DNA of 64,000 nucleotides from a virus: IMG/VR virus record IMGVR_UViG_3300015371_000004, positions 32,001 to 96,000 of that record; one strand, 5' to 3'. Shown piece by piece: positions 19,383 to 28,033 of this stretch (position 1 is its first letter; each line of letters starts with the position of its first letter). The notes under the pieces were generated by a model. It saw only the letters and a program-made list of their open reading frames with translations, ran no database searches and was not told where the DNA came from. The position numbers and the translations under genes were made by a program.

Positions 19383-19839
19383 GGGTCACTCCCTTCTTGA
19401 GGGTCTTCGCGAATTCGACCACCGCAGCCCAGTCGGCCCCAGCGACCGCCTTGACCATCGTCTCGTCCCCGGAGAGGCCCATGCTGGCATAGGCGCCGAA
19501 GGCGCTCTTGATGGGCTTGTTGAACGTCACCATCCAGCTTTCGTAGGGCACCCCATTCGAGGCCCCGTAGCTGCCGGTAAACTCCGCCGTGACCACCGAC
19601 CTCGTGACGCCTTCGACCCTGACCAGCGTGCCGGGGGTCAGGTTCCGGACCATCACCGAGAAGTTGGCCTTGATGAAGGCATCGACGGCCGCCGAGGCCG
19701 CCGCCCCTGCCTTGCTCAGGACCGTCTTCCGGCCCCTGCAGCTGAAGCATGTGGTGCCATACGATTGGCAGTAGGAGTAATGGCCAGAGCCGCCGCACCG
19801 GCCGCAGGTCTTGGATTCGTATCTCAGAGTCGTCGCCAT
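19366..19839 (-). CDS. DnaJ-type Zn-finger (CxxCxGxG) accessory protein
   Basis: CGRCGGSG...CFSCRG; GGGGAGG SD; preceded by an ECF-like promoter. Confidence 0.7.
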   Translation of the reverse strand: MATTLRYESKTCGRCGGSGHYSYCQSYGTTCFSCRGRKTVLSKAGAAASAAVDAFIKANFSVMVRNLTPGTLVRVEGVTRSVVTAEFTGSYGASNGVPYESWMVTFNKPIKSAFGAYASMGLSGDETMVKAVAGADWAAVVEFAKTLKKGVTLVDKP

Positions 19840-19856
19840 AACCTCCCCACATCTAT

Positions 19857-19933
19857 TTAGACGTGTAATAGGGCTAAAAGGTTCCACTGATTACAAAAGT
19901 GTAAGGGAACCTTTTGGCGTAGAATACGTCTAA
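19857..19933. promoter_or_regulatory. Divergent pair of ECF-like promoters around a TTACA-N4-TGTAA palindrome
   Basis: Minus strand GGAAC-N17-CGTCTAA at 19885-19857; palindrome at 19891-19904; plus strand GGAAC-N16-CGTCTAA at 19906-19933. Confidence 0.75.
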
Positions 19934-20088
19934 ATAAGTGGAAGGGAGGTGAGACGATGAGTTGAGGTTCGGTAAGGCCCGGGGGTCGCCTGCGGGGGCT
20001 CCCGGTGGACTCTCCCCCTGAATCCCCGCCAACTGGCCTTCCTTGAGACAGGCCGCCGAGAACGCCCGGCGGCCCCTGCCGTATCTAG

Positions 20089-20117
20089 GGAACCTTTTTG
20101 CCGTATAATACGTCTAA
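20089..20117 (+). promoter_or_regulatory. ECF-like promoter
   Basis: GGAAC-N17-CGTCTAA, then GGAGG and ATG 20136. Confidence 0.75.
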
Positions 20118-20135
20118 ATAGGTGGAGGGTTCCTG

Positions 20136-20495
20136 ATGAAGATGCTGACGAAGGAACTGGCAAGCACGATTCCCCCGCTCTACACCAACGAGAACGTCAC
20201 GGACCCCATGGTGGTCGCCAAGTACTTCACCCCATGGTCGAACTGGACGTGGTACGTCACCGAGGGTGGCGCCCGCGTCGGCGAGAACGAGAACACGGTC
20301 CCGCTGAGCGAGGTCGCGAACCTCGACGCGGCCGACGTGCTCTTCTTCGGCTACGTCGAGGGCCTTGAGAACGAGCTGGGCTACTTCAGCCTGAACGAGC
20401 TGAAGTCGGTGAGAGGCCCGATCGGCCTGAAGATCGAGCGCGACCTCTACTTCACCCCGGCGCCGCTTTCAACTTTCAAGAAGGAGCGCACATGA
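20136..20495 (+). CDS. DUF2958-like protein
   Basis: IPPLY...VVAKYFTPWSNWTWYVTE...FFGYVEGLENELGYFSLNEL...IERDLYF. Confidence 0.8.
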   Translation: MKMLTKELASTIPPLYTNENVTDPMVVAKYFTPWSNWTWYVTEGGARVGENENTVPLSEVANLDAADVLFFGYVEGLENELGYFSLNELKSVRGPIGLKIERDLYFTPAPLSTFKKERT

Positions 20496-20626
20496 CCGTC
20501 TACGTCGTCAGCAACGATCTCAACGCGGTCGCGGTGTTCTCGACGTTCGAGGCCGCCTCGCGATACGCAGAGCCCCGCGGGCTGCAAATCACGATCTTCG
20601 AGGTCGACGAGAAGGAGCGCACATGA
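20492..20626 (+). CDS. 44-aa hypothetical protein
   Basis: MTVYVVSNDLNAVAVFSTFEAASRYAEPRGLQITIFEVDEKERT; ATGA-coupled on both sides; flanked by a 17-bp direct repeat. Confidence 0.6.
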   Translation: MTVYVVSNDLNAVAVFSTFEAASRYAEPRGLQITIFEVDEKERT

Positions 20627-20832
20627 GAATCTACACGTCAGCCAATGACCCGCTCGACTTCTGCAAGCGCCACACCCCGTCCGAAAAGACCGCGGAGAAG
20701 CGGTACGGCAACGTCGGGGATGGCCCGGATGGCCGCGGCAATTGCTTCGCCTACGACGCCGAGCACCCCGACTATGATGGCGAGCACAAGTGCCGGTCGT
20801 GCGGGCGCGTGCTCGATGAGACTGACAGCTAG
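20623..20832 (+). CDS. Small Zn-binding protein
   Basis: CKRH...CRSCG; AAGGAG SD. Confidence 0.6.
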   Translation: MRIYTSANDPLDFCKRHTPSEKTAEKRYGNVGDGPDGRGNCFAYDAEHPDYDGEHKCRSCGRVLDETDS

Positions 20833-20996
20833 TTGTCGGGCGGGAAGTCCGGCGAGACCTTGACCCAGCCCTGCTGACCCAGCTTCTGATCGCGCCACTC
20901 GCGCAGCGTCACCGTCTTGGTCTCACCCGTCTCCGGGTTCTGGGCTTCGTACGACTGTTCTTTCTCGTCGGTCGGTTCCTTCGCAGGATCGGGCAT
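20829..20996 (-). CDS. 55-aa protein coupled to Zeta-like kinase 1
   Basis: TGATG overlap; MPDPAKEPTDEKEQSYEAQNPETGETKTVTLREWRDQKLGQQGWVKVSPDFPPDN. Confidence 0.55.
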   Translation of the reverse strand: MPDPAKEPTDEKEQSYEAQNPETGETKTVTLREWRDQKLGQQGWVKVSPDFPPDN

Positions 20997-22111
20997 CAGA
21001 TTCCTCCGCTGGAGAGCATACTGCCCCGGCGCTGAAAACGCCGCTGGAAATTTTCGGCGTAGCGCTGGGCCGCCACGACTTCTCGATACGACCCGGGCTC
21101 GTCCGCCCGCCAGTACACCTCGTCGAGCGCCGTGAACCCCCAGACGTGCGGCGGCGCGACCTCGGTCAGCTTCCCGTGCCGGTTGAGCACGGTCGCCTTG
21201 GCGCCGCGGTTGTCGACGACGACGTACGCGTCGAACAGGTGCTTGACCTTCTCGAACGTCCGCCGCGGGCGCGTCCCGTACTGCTTGTCGTAGTTGGATT
21301 TGATGTAGCCGATCGGCACGTACCGGCCCTTGCCGGTCTCGGCCCGCTGCTTCATGTAGCGCTGGAGCGACCGGGAGACGGACGTGTTGATGTCGACGTC
21401 GGTGAAGCGCGCCTCCACCCGGTAGCCTGCCTGCTTGAGCGACTTGATCCGGCCCATGGCGCCGCCGCCGTAGCGCGCGGTCTCATAGTCGACGCCGCCC
21501 AGATCCTTCATGGTCGAATCGAGCACCATGTTGTACTTGTTCGCCCGGCCGATCTCGATCAGCCGATCGACGATGTCGTTCGACTCGTCGTGGAGGACGC
21601 TGGCGTTGCTGCCCGTCCACTCGGGGAAAAGCGTCTTGATGTCGTCGGAATTGATGGCCAGCTTGTTCGAGTAGTCGAGGCCCGCCGCGGCCGTCGTCTT
21701 CCCCGAGGCCGTCATCCCGGACATCATCACGGCCACCGGATGCTGCTGGGGTTCGAGGGGGTTGGTGCGCGGCTTCCAGCCTGCCTTGGTGACCTCGTGG
21801 GTCAGCACCTTCTGAATGATCTCGTCGTGGAGCTTCTGGCGCTCGGTCGTGTACTCACCGGTCTTCTCGTCGAAGTACTTCGACTTGGTCCCGCGAGGGC
21901 CCCACTCGGCGAGCATCTTCCGGTTGGCCAGCTCGGCCTGCGCGATCTCCTTGGCGTACTTGGTCTCTTCCGGCGTGTCGGCGCTCTTGCGGACCTGCGC
22001 TTCGAGGTCGGTCGCGTGGCCCGGCTCGCAGTCGCCGACGCCTTTGTCGGCAAACTTCCCATCACGTGGATCGTGACAGGGGTTGAATTCGCTGAGGGGA
22101 ACGAGGTGCAT
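20996..22111 (-). CDS. Zeta-toxin-like P-loop kinase 1 with N-terminal motif
   Basis: GMTASGKTT, INSDDIK, LHDES, MVLDST; N-terminus LSEFNPCHDPRDGKFADKGVGDCE. Confidence 0.85.
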   Translation of the reverse strand: MHLVPLSEFNPCHDPRDGKFADKGVGDCEPGHATDLEAQVRKSADTPEETKYAKEIAQAELANRKMLAEWGPRGTKSKYFDEKTGEYTTERQKLHDEIIQKVLTHEVTKAGWKPRTNPLEPQQHPVAVMMSGMTASGKTTAAAGLDYSNKLAINSDDIKTLFPEWTGSNASVLHDESNDIVDRLIEIGRANKYNMVLDSTMKDLGGVDYETARYGGGAMGRIKSLKQAGYRVEARFTDVDINTSVSRSLQRYMKQRAETGKGRYVPIGYIKSNYDKQYGTRPRRTFEKVKHLFDAYVVVDNRGAKATVLNRHGKLTEVAPPHVWGFTALDEVYWRADEPGSYREVVAAQRYAENFQRRFQRRGSMLSSGGI

Positions 22112-22115
22112 CTCG

Positions 22116-23180
22116 TCAGGGGTTCCAGCGGAACACGGCCGGATTTTTTCGGAACTCCGCTCGACGGCGCTGCTCTTTCCGCACCTTCGATGGCACCGCA
22201 GCCCACCGCTTGGCCTGCTCAGGCGTATCGAACTTCTTCAGCACACCATCCGCGTCTCTGACCTCCCACGGCCGTCTGGGCACGGGTGCCCACTGCAGCA
22301 TCAGGCCGCCATTGTCTAGGCTGGGCAATCCGTCAAACCGACCAAAGCGCTCACGCGGCAGGTCCGTCCGCTCCGGCTCCTCACGTGGCTGCTTCCGTCG
22401 GCGCCTGAAGTTCTCGCGCGGCAGGTCAGTACGCGCTCCGGGGTCTGGGTTCATCAACGCCCGGGACAAGCGAGCCTTCGGCTGGTCAGGCTTCACGATC
22501 TCCGCCCTCGCATAGTCGCTATCGTTGATCGACGCGAACCTGACGATGAACCCGGGCCGGTCGTACTTGCTGGCCTTCCGAATCGCGACGTCGTGGCCCG
22601 TCTGATTGGCACGTGCACGCGCCGCGGATGCCGCGTCATGGTAGCTGTCGAAATGTTCCCTCCCGGGCTGGTCGCCCCCACCCGTCGAGCAGAACTGCCC
22701 ACCATCCGGCGACCCACCCGGCTTGTGGCAATCGTTGGCCTCGGCTACCTTCGCGGCGCCCGGGGCGACGACGGACATGAACGGATCCTTCTTCACGACG
22801 TCGATCGCCTGCTGCCGGACCTGCGTGAGCGCCGCCAGCCGCACCGACTCCTCGTTCCGGCCATGCATGACCCGGAGCGCCTGCAGCCGGTCCAGCTCCC
22901 GGCGCTGGGTGGCCACGAGGTCGTCCACGTTCATGCGGCCACTCTTGACCAGATCGACGATGTCCCGGACGGCCGAATCAATGGGGCCCGGCTCGCGCCG
23001 TTCGAGGAGGGCCGTCCTCTTCTGGGCCTCCCGGTCCATGGCACAGCGAGCCATCGCCAAGGCGGCCGAGCCCGAGGGCCGCTTCTCCCGGCAGGGGCGG
23101 TCATCGGCCTGCTTCTGCAGCCACGAGTTCGAGGCGGCCGTGTTCGAGCCTTTGAGTGCTGCGACGTGGATGCGGCTCAT
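22116..23180 (-). CDS. Motif-tagged protein with internal motif
   Basis: VAEANDCHKPGGSPDGGQFCSTG at 22748-22686; ATG 23180 lies 7 nt after GGGGTAATAC. Confidence 0.7.
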   Translation of the reverse strand: MSRIHVAALKGSNTAASNSWLQKQADDRPCREKRPSGSAALAMARCAMDREAQKRTALLERREPGPIDSAVRDIVDLVKSGRMNVDDLVATQRRELDRLQALRVMHGRNEESVRLAALTQVRQQAIDVVKKDPFMSVVAPGAAKVAEANDCHKPGGSPDGGQFCSTGGGDQPGREHFDSYHDAASAARARANQTGHDVAIRKASKYDRPGFIVRFASINDSDYARAEIVKPDQPKARLSRALMNPDPGARTDLPRENFRRRRKQPREEPERTDLPRERFGRFDGLPSLDNGGLMLQWAPVPRRPWEVRDADGVLKKFDTPEQAKRWAAVPSKVRKEQRRRAEFRKNPAVFRWNP

Positions 23181-23196
23181 GTTTGGTGTATTACCC

Positions 23197-23712
23197 CTAG
23201 TCCGAGGGCCACGGGGCACGCTCAAGTTCGTATTCTTCCCGGTCTCGCTCCAGACGCGACCGATGGATCCCCCGCCGATAGCTGGCTTTCGTCTTCCCGC
23301 TCCAGCGCCGATTCCGGTGTTCCGCGCGCGCCTGTTGGCGGTACTTGTCGAGCAGGTCCTTGCTCATCGGCTTCTCAGGCGTGCCGCGAGCCATCGCGTC
23401 CAGCGCTTCTGGAGACATCCCTTTGAGGGCCCTAATTCCATGCCGCTGAAGCGCGGCCAGCTGGGCCTTCAGGTCCGCGTAGATTTCCTGCTGATTTTGC
23501 TGCTTGCGCGCGGCCTGCCGCGCCATCTTCTCAGCCCTCCGCTGCTGATGGGCAGCGCCGCGCTGCTGGCGCGCCGCGCGCGCCCGGTCCACCGCGCTCA
23601 TCCCGGTCGACGCGCAGAACTGCCCGCCGCCCGGCCCGGACGGATTATGGCAGGGGTTGGCTTCGCTGAACGGACGTCCCTCGCTGGCGGGCCATAGTTC
23701 CCACATACTCAT
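23197..23712 (-). CDS. Motif-tagged basic helical protein
   Basis: FSEANPCHNPSGPGGGQFCASTG near the N-terminus; R/Q/A-rich body. Confidence 0.7.
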   Translation of the reverse strand: MSMWELWPASEGRPFSEANPCHNPSGPGGGQFCASTGMSAVDRARAARQQRGAAHQQRRAEKMARQAARKQQNQQEIYADLKAQLAALQRHGIRALKGMSPEALDAMARGTPEKPMSKDLLDKYRQQARAEHRNRRWSGKTKASYRRGIHRSRLERDREEYELERAPWPSD

Positions 23713-23726
23713 CCCTCTCGACAAGC

Positions 23727-24605
23727 TCAGTACGTCTCCCCCGGAGGTGGGGGGTCGAGCGGCCGATGCCGAATTCGCACCCCACGCCGCTTCACGTCGT
23801 CCACCCGCTGGCAGACGAAGTCAGTCGTGTCCCGGATGGTCGAGGTCACGAGGAGCTTGTAGGCCCCCGGAAACCGCGTCGTCAGGGACTTCATCAAGCC
23901 CGTGTGGATCCCCGGCGCCAAGTCCGTCTCGCCCGCCAGCATGAAGGCGGCCTCGTCCATGACCCCCATCATCGTGTGATACCCAAAGACGGCCGTCGAG
24001 ATACTCGACACCGAGAGCCCATAGATCCGCTTGGGGAAGCGGGCCTTGCGCGCCCCCGCCTTGAATCCCCGGCCGACAAACCATGGCGAGTGCTCGACGC
24101 GCGCCTTGAACTCGGTGAAGACGACGTCCGAGGCCTGATCCTTCGAGGACGAAGCGTTCAAGACCGCAATGCGCGAATTCGGGCCCAGCATGTAGAAGAG
24201 GTCCGCCCGCCTGAGGCAGACGAGCTTGTAGATCGTCCGGGCCATGGCGCAGCCCGCGATGAAGCCCTTGCCAGAGCCCGAGCCCGCCAAGATGTCGACC
24301 TCCCGGACCTGCGGCAGGTCGAAGTAGATCATCAGGTCGACCTTGTCCTGATTGACCAGCCCTTTGAGGTTCAGGTACTTGGCGCCGAGCATGAACTCCT
24401 CGACGTCGACCGGGATCTCGTCGTAGATGAGTTCGTAGACGGCTTCGAGGCCGGAGAGGTCCCCGGCCTGCGCGCGCTTGAGCAGCCGGTAGATCGCGGT
24501 GCGATCCGAGGGCGTCAGCCGCCGGATCTCGTCGAAGGCGTCGAAGCGCTCCTCTTCAGTCGCGTCCGGCGGGAGAGTCGGGGTCGGATTGAGGGATCTT
24601 GGCAT
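23727..24605 (-). CDS. Terminase large subunit, N-terminal ATPase part
   Basis: IPVDVEEF, Walker A AGSGSGKG, Walker B GVMDEAAF, motif III LVTST; stops before the nuclease domain. Confidence 0.85.
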   Translation of the reverse strand: MPRSLNPTPTLPPDATEEERFDAFDEIRRLTPSDRTAIYRLLKRAQAGDLSGLEAVYELIYDEIPVDVEEFMLGAKYLNLKGLVNQDKVDLMIYFDLPQVREVDILAGSGSGKGFIAGCAMARTIYKLVCLRRADLFYMLGPNSRIAVLNASSSKDQASDVVFTEFKARVEHSPWFVGRGFKAGARKARFPKRIYGLSVSSISTAVFGYHTMMGVMDEAAFMLAGETDLAPGIHTGLMKSLTTRFPGAYKLLVTSTIRDTTDFVCQRVDDVKRRGVRIRHRPLDPPPPGETY

Positions 24606-25029
24606 CGGCCTGCGTGCGGGTGAACATCTCGATCACAGCCCGGGCACCCTGCACGGAGACCCCGGCTTCCTGCAGCTTCTCGGCCGCCGTCCGCGCGCGC
24701 TCGGCCTCAGCCTGATCCACGTCCTCGTCGAAGTCGACGTTCTTGGCCATGCGCGAGAGGAGCGACATCTCGTTGTAGATTTTCGGGTCGACCTTGCCTT
24801 CGGCCCGCTCTCTGAGCACCATCACGGCCACCCGCCACCGCTGCACGTTGAAGGTCAGCCACGGGATCTTGGCAGGCGCGCCGGTCGTCAAGAGACCGAG
24901 CGCCTTGTCCATCTCGGCTTCGGCCTCCTGCAGCTTGCGCGACCCCTCCTCGTCAGAGGGTGGCGTAAGCGCCGACTCGTTCGCGTGCGGGAGATCCCGC
25001 TCGACGACGGTCGCAATGGACTCGCTCAT
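24556..25029 (-). CDS. Possible terminase small subunit
   Basis: 157-aa helical protein directly upstream of the TerL ATPase; positional evidence only. Confidence 0.35.
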   Translation of the reverse strand: MSESIATVVERDLPHANESALTPPSDEEGSRKLQEAEAEMDKALGLLTTGAPAKIPWLTFNVQRWRVAVMVLRERAEGKVDPKIYNEMSLLSRMAKNVDFDEDVDQAEAERARTAAEKLQEAGVSVQGARAVIEMFTRTQADAKIPQSDPDSPAGRD

Positions 25030-25588
25030 GTTTGGGTACCGGAACTTCGCACAAAATGGATCGGTGGGTCAACAGCCGCGCCAGCATCTCGGCGTAGCGC
25101 TTGGCGATCCGGCTCTCACTGGCGGCAAAGTACGTGGCGGCCTGCGCCAGATGCTGCCGGACCCGTGGCGACGGCAGCCCGACCCGCTTGGCCGTCTCGG
25201 CCTGCGAGGACGTCTGCGAGAACTCCGCCAGAATCTGGGGCATGTGCTCGGGCGCATCCGGCCAGACCCGGCCCAGATCTCGCCGGACCTCCCAGATCAT
25301 GAGTCTCGGATGGTCAAGGAGAAACGCTAGCCGCTCGCAGGCGCGCTGCATGCGATGGCTGACGGCTTGCTGGGTGAGGTGCAGGGCCTCCCCAATTTGG
25401 TCCTGATTTTTTCCGGCGAAGAAATGCAGCTCGATGACGTCACGCTCGACTGGCGGGATGGTCTTGAGCAGGCGGCGGACTTGGAGGAGGCGCTCCGGGT
25501 TGTGCTCGTCGGCAGGCCGCACAAACTCGATCCATGACCGCAGGTGGAAGGTCTCGGGATCGATGTCGGTGAGGCTCAGCTCGCGCAT
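24953..25588 (-). CDS. Sigma-70 region-4 HTH protein (no region 2)
   Basis: IPPVERDVIELHFFAGKNQDQIGEALHLTQQAVSHRMQRA, plus a second HTH-like segment SQAETAKRVGLPSPRVRQHL. Confidence 0.8.
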   Translation of the reverse strand: MRELSLTDIDPETFHLRSWIEFVRPADEHNPERLLQVRRLLKTIPPVERDVIELHFFAGKNQDQIGEALHLTQQAVSHRMQRACERLAFLLDHPRLMIWEVRRDLGRVWPDAPEHMPQILAEFSQTSSQAETAKRVGLPSPRVRQHLAQAATYFAASESRIAKRYAEMLARLLTHRSILCEVPVPKHERVHCDRRRAGSPARERVGAYATL

Positions 25589-25592
25589 CGGC

Positions 25593-25787
25593 TCACTGAA
25601 TCGGGAGATGCTGGAGGAGCCACCACCCGTTTTCGGGTAGCTCGGGATGCTGCTTGAGGTGACGCTCAAGAAGATAGAAGCCAAGGTTCTTGGCCGCGCA
25701 GGGCGTTTCCCCTATCGTCTCGAACATCAGCTGCTGTCCCGTCCCCTCCGTGAAGATCGTTTGGTACTTCCGGACCGGTCGACTCAC
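25593..25787 (-). CDS. Hypothetical protein
   Basis: 64 aa; coupled to the NusG-like gene. Confidence 0.5.
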   Translation of the reverse strand: MSRPVRKYQTIFTEGTGQQLMFETIGETPCAAKNLGFYLLERHLKQHPELPENGWWLLQHLPIQ

Positions 25788-26278
25788 ACCCGCTCCAGCT
25801 CGTACAACGCCGCTCGTACCGAGATGTGCCTAGAGTGTAACCGAATTTGGACATCGGCACGATTTTGCCGTTTGTCGACCCGCTGCACCTTCCCGGTCAT
25901 GCCCGTCCATGCCCCCAAGAGGAGGCGCACTTTCGAGCCCCGCCGGAGGAGCCGCGGACGCACCGACCGCCGGACGTCCTTCATCTGGGTCGGCGACAGC
26001 CGTTCGAAGGCCTGCCCGTCCGAGGTTCGTACAAGTTTGTCCACAAAACGCGACCGCTCGACGCGCTGCACGTGCGCGTCCGGGCTCACCTCAAGGAAGG
26101 CGTAGCCCCCGTAGGCGTGGGCCCATGCGATGGTACCGGTGCAAGTTTCCGCAGGAAAGAAGACGCGAACGCCCGGCAGGTACCGGGCGAAGTCTCTCTG
26201 GATGTCAGCCGTGGGGACGTCGGACACCGTGTCCGCCAGCATTGCAATCACCCACTCGCTGGCCGCACGCTTTGCCAC
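25784..26278 (-). CDS. NusG/RfaH-family transcription elongation factor
   Basis: NGN-like WVIA...VFFP...YGGYAFLEV and KOW GSKVRLLLGAWTGMTGKV...ADVQIRLHSR. Confidence 0.8.
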   Translation of the reverse strand: MAKRAASEWVIAMLADTVSDVPTADIQRDFARYLPGVRVFFPAETCTGTIAWAHAYGGYAFLEVSPDAHVQRVERSRFVDKLVRTSDGQAFERLSPTQMKDVRRSVRPRLLRRGSKVRLLLGAWTGMTGKVQRVDKRQNRADVQIRLHSRHISVRAALYELERV

Positions 26279-26305
26279 TCTGAGGCGAGGACTTTACCAC
26301 AACCG

Positions 26306-27028
26306 CTAGTGGGTCCCCTGCACAACATGCCTACTCAGAAGGTCAGTCAGGACGTTCGTCTGCCCGATTTGCAGCAGGGCGCCTGCATCTTTGGCGGGAT
26401 ACACCGGGGCGGATACCACGAACCCCTCGAAGGTTCCCATCTGCTGGAGCTTGAAGGCCGCGGCCCGACCGGGGAGGTCCGTGTCGAGGAGCGCCACCAC
26501 CAGCTTGGCGTACCGACCAAGGAAGCGCCGCATGGGTCCCGCCACATTGGCGGTCAGGTTGGCGATCACGTCCGGCGCGCCCGCCGCGCGCACCCCGAAG
26601 TAGTCGAAGACGCCCTCCACCAAGACGACGCGCTGGCTCAGCCAGACAGCCGGGAGGGCTTCGTGCATGCCGAAGGCCCGCGGGTGGGCGCGGCTGACTT
26701 GGAAATCCGAATAGGCGTTCTGGCCTGCTTCGAGCTGGTCCGGAAGGAGCCTGACCTGAAACCCCGTCACACTGCCCATCGGATCCTTCAAGGGGAAGAC
26801 GAGCCCGCCCCAGACCGGCCAGTGCTTGGTGGCCCACCCCAGAAAGGCCTTCGTGCCCACCGTGATCGGAGACAGGACCCCCACGTCATGGGCGGCAGCC
26901 ACCTCCAGCGGGACCCCGCGCCCTTCGAGATAGGCGCGCGCGGCGCTCGCGTCGGGCGCCGACTGCAGGGCGTCAGAGGACCGTTTGACTAGCTCGCGGG
27001 TCCACGGACTTGAAGACGGTTCCGCCAT
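26306..27028 (-). CDS. DnaG-type primase catalytic/Toprim part lacking the Zn-binding domain
   Basis: ARAYLEGRG, LVFPLKDPMGSVTGFQVR, VVLVEGVFD, LLDTDLPG, KDAG. Confidence 0.82.
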   Translation of the reverse strand: MAEPSSSPWTRELVKRSSDALQSAPDASAARAYLEGRGVPLEVAAAHDVGVLSPITVGTKAFLGWATKHWPVWGGLVFPLKDPMGSVTGFQVRLLPDQLEAGQNAYSDFQVSRAHPRAFGMHEALPAVWLSQRVVLVEGVFDYFGVRAAGAPDVIANLTANVAGPMRRFLGRYAKLVVALLDTDLPGRAAAFKLQQMGTFEGFVVSAPVYPAKDAGALLQIGQTNVLTDLLSRHVVQGTH

Positions 27029-27632
27029 GCAGGGACTCCTCGGCTTGGTAGGCCCGGTCAGCGTGGGCCAAAAATTCAGGGAGCTGGGTGACCATCAGGA
27101 TCTGGAGCTTGAGCGACCGGCTCAGATCCTTGAGGAGCGCCCCGACACGGGAGAGGTAGCTGCCGTCCATCGAGACCATCGAGAACGGCTCGTCGAGCAG
27201 GATGAGCGGGGCCAGCCCCATCCGGCTGACCACGACCACCCGGAGAATGAAGGCCACCACAGACGCCGGGCCACCGCCGAAGGCATCGACGATCGGCTCG
27301 TCCACGTCTTCATGCCCGGGGCGATGGTGCACCAGATGCGGCTCCAGCCACGGCTGGCGGAACTTCGTCTGGATGTCGAACCGGAACGTGAGGTCCTGAT
27401 CGGGGAAGACGGTCTTCAGTCCGTAGGTGACCAGCCGCTCGACCTTGCCGACCGACTCGGCGCTCATGGTCTGGAGCAGCTTGTCGAGCGTGGCCTGCGT
27501 GACGGTCAGGAGCGTCGACTCCTGCTCGCCGCGGTCAACTTCGGCGGTGAGGGACGCGACGCGCTGCTGCTGTCCGCCGACGAGGCCGACGAGCCGTTCG
27601 GTTTGCTGGACGAGTTCGGGTAGGGTTTGCAT
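26973..27632 (-). CDS. SbcC/Rad50 C-terminal half (ABC signature + Walker B)
   Basis: Coiled coil, then AFGGG, LILLDEPF, ILMVTQ. Confidence 0.8.
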   Translation of the reverse strand: MQTLPELVQQTERLVGLVGGQQQRVASLTAEVDRGEQESTLLTVTQATLDKLLQTMSAESVGKVERLVTYGLKTVFPDQDLTFRFDIQTKFRQPWLEPHLVHHRPGHEDVDEPIVDAFGGGPASVVAFILRVVVVSRMGLAPLILLDEPFSMVSMDGSYLSRVGALLKDLSRSLKLQILMVTQLPEFLAHADRAYQAEESLHGGTVFKSVDPRASQTVL

Positions 27633-28033
27633 CAGGGATGAACCTTGCAAGCGTCACGAGCGCAGTTTTGAAAAGAGGGTCCGTACTCGGCCGCGGATAG
27701 ATATTTTCCGAGAGGTCAATCCGGCCGTTACACCAGAGCACGCGGTAGCGCGTACTTCGGACCTCCAACACAATGCCGCGGCTCTCAAACGGCAGCCATG
27801 GCCACCCGCGTGACACGACGTCCCCAACTTTGATGTGTCGGTCCTCGACCGGCCGCGGATCGCTGGCGGCACTTTTCTTCATGGCTTTTTCTCGGCTAGC
27901 TGCTTCAGCGCCAGATCGCACAGCTCGACGAGGACCTTCAGGTCGACGCCCACCACCGCGCGCGGATGATTGACGACGCACGTCTTCGCGGTCTCGAAGA
28001 TCCGCTTCAGCGCCTCAATGTCCGGCGCGGCAA

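Noticed and set aside
19957-20046. Selenocysteine readthrough of ATG AGT TGA
   Set aside because: Readthrough gives only a short Pro/Gly-rich peptide with no redox motif, and the hairpin cannot be identified as a SECIS by eye.
6520-23670. Motif repeats as CRISPR, DGR template/variable repeats or IS ends
   Set aside because: Copies are dispersed, in frame and vary mostly synonymously. No regular spacers, adenine-specific variation, reverse transcriptase or transposase seen.
19118-23726. Group I/II intron or intein interrupting the terminase
   Set aside because: No recognisable intron core, maturase or intein motifs, and the interval holds genes on both strands. Not formally excluded without a covariance-model search.
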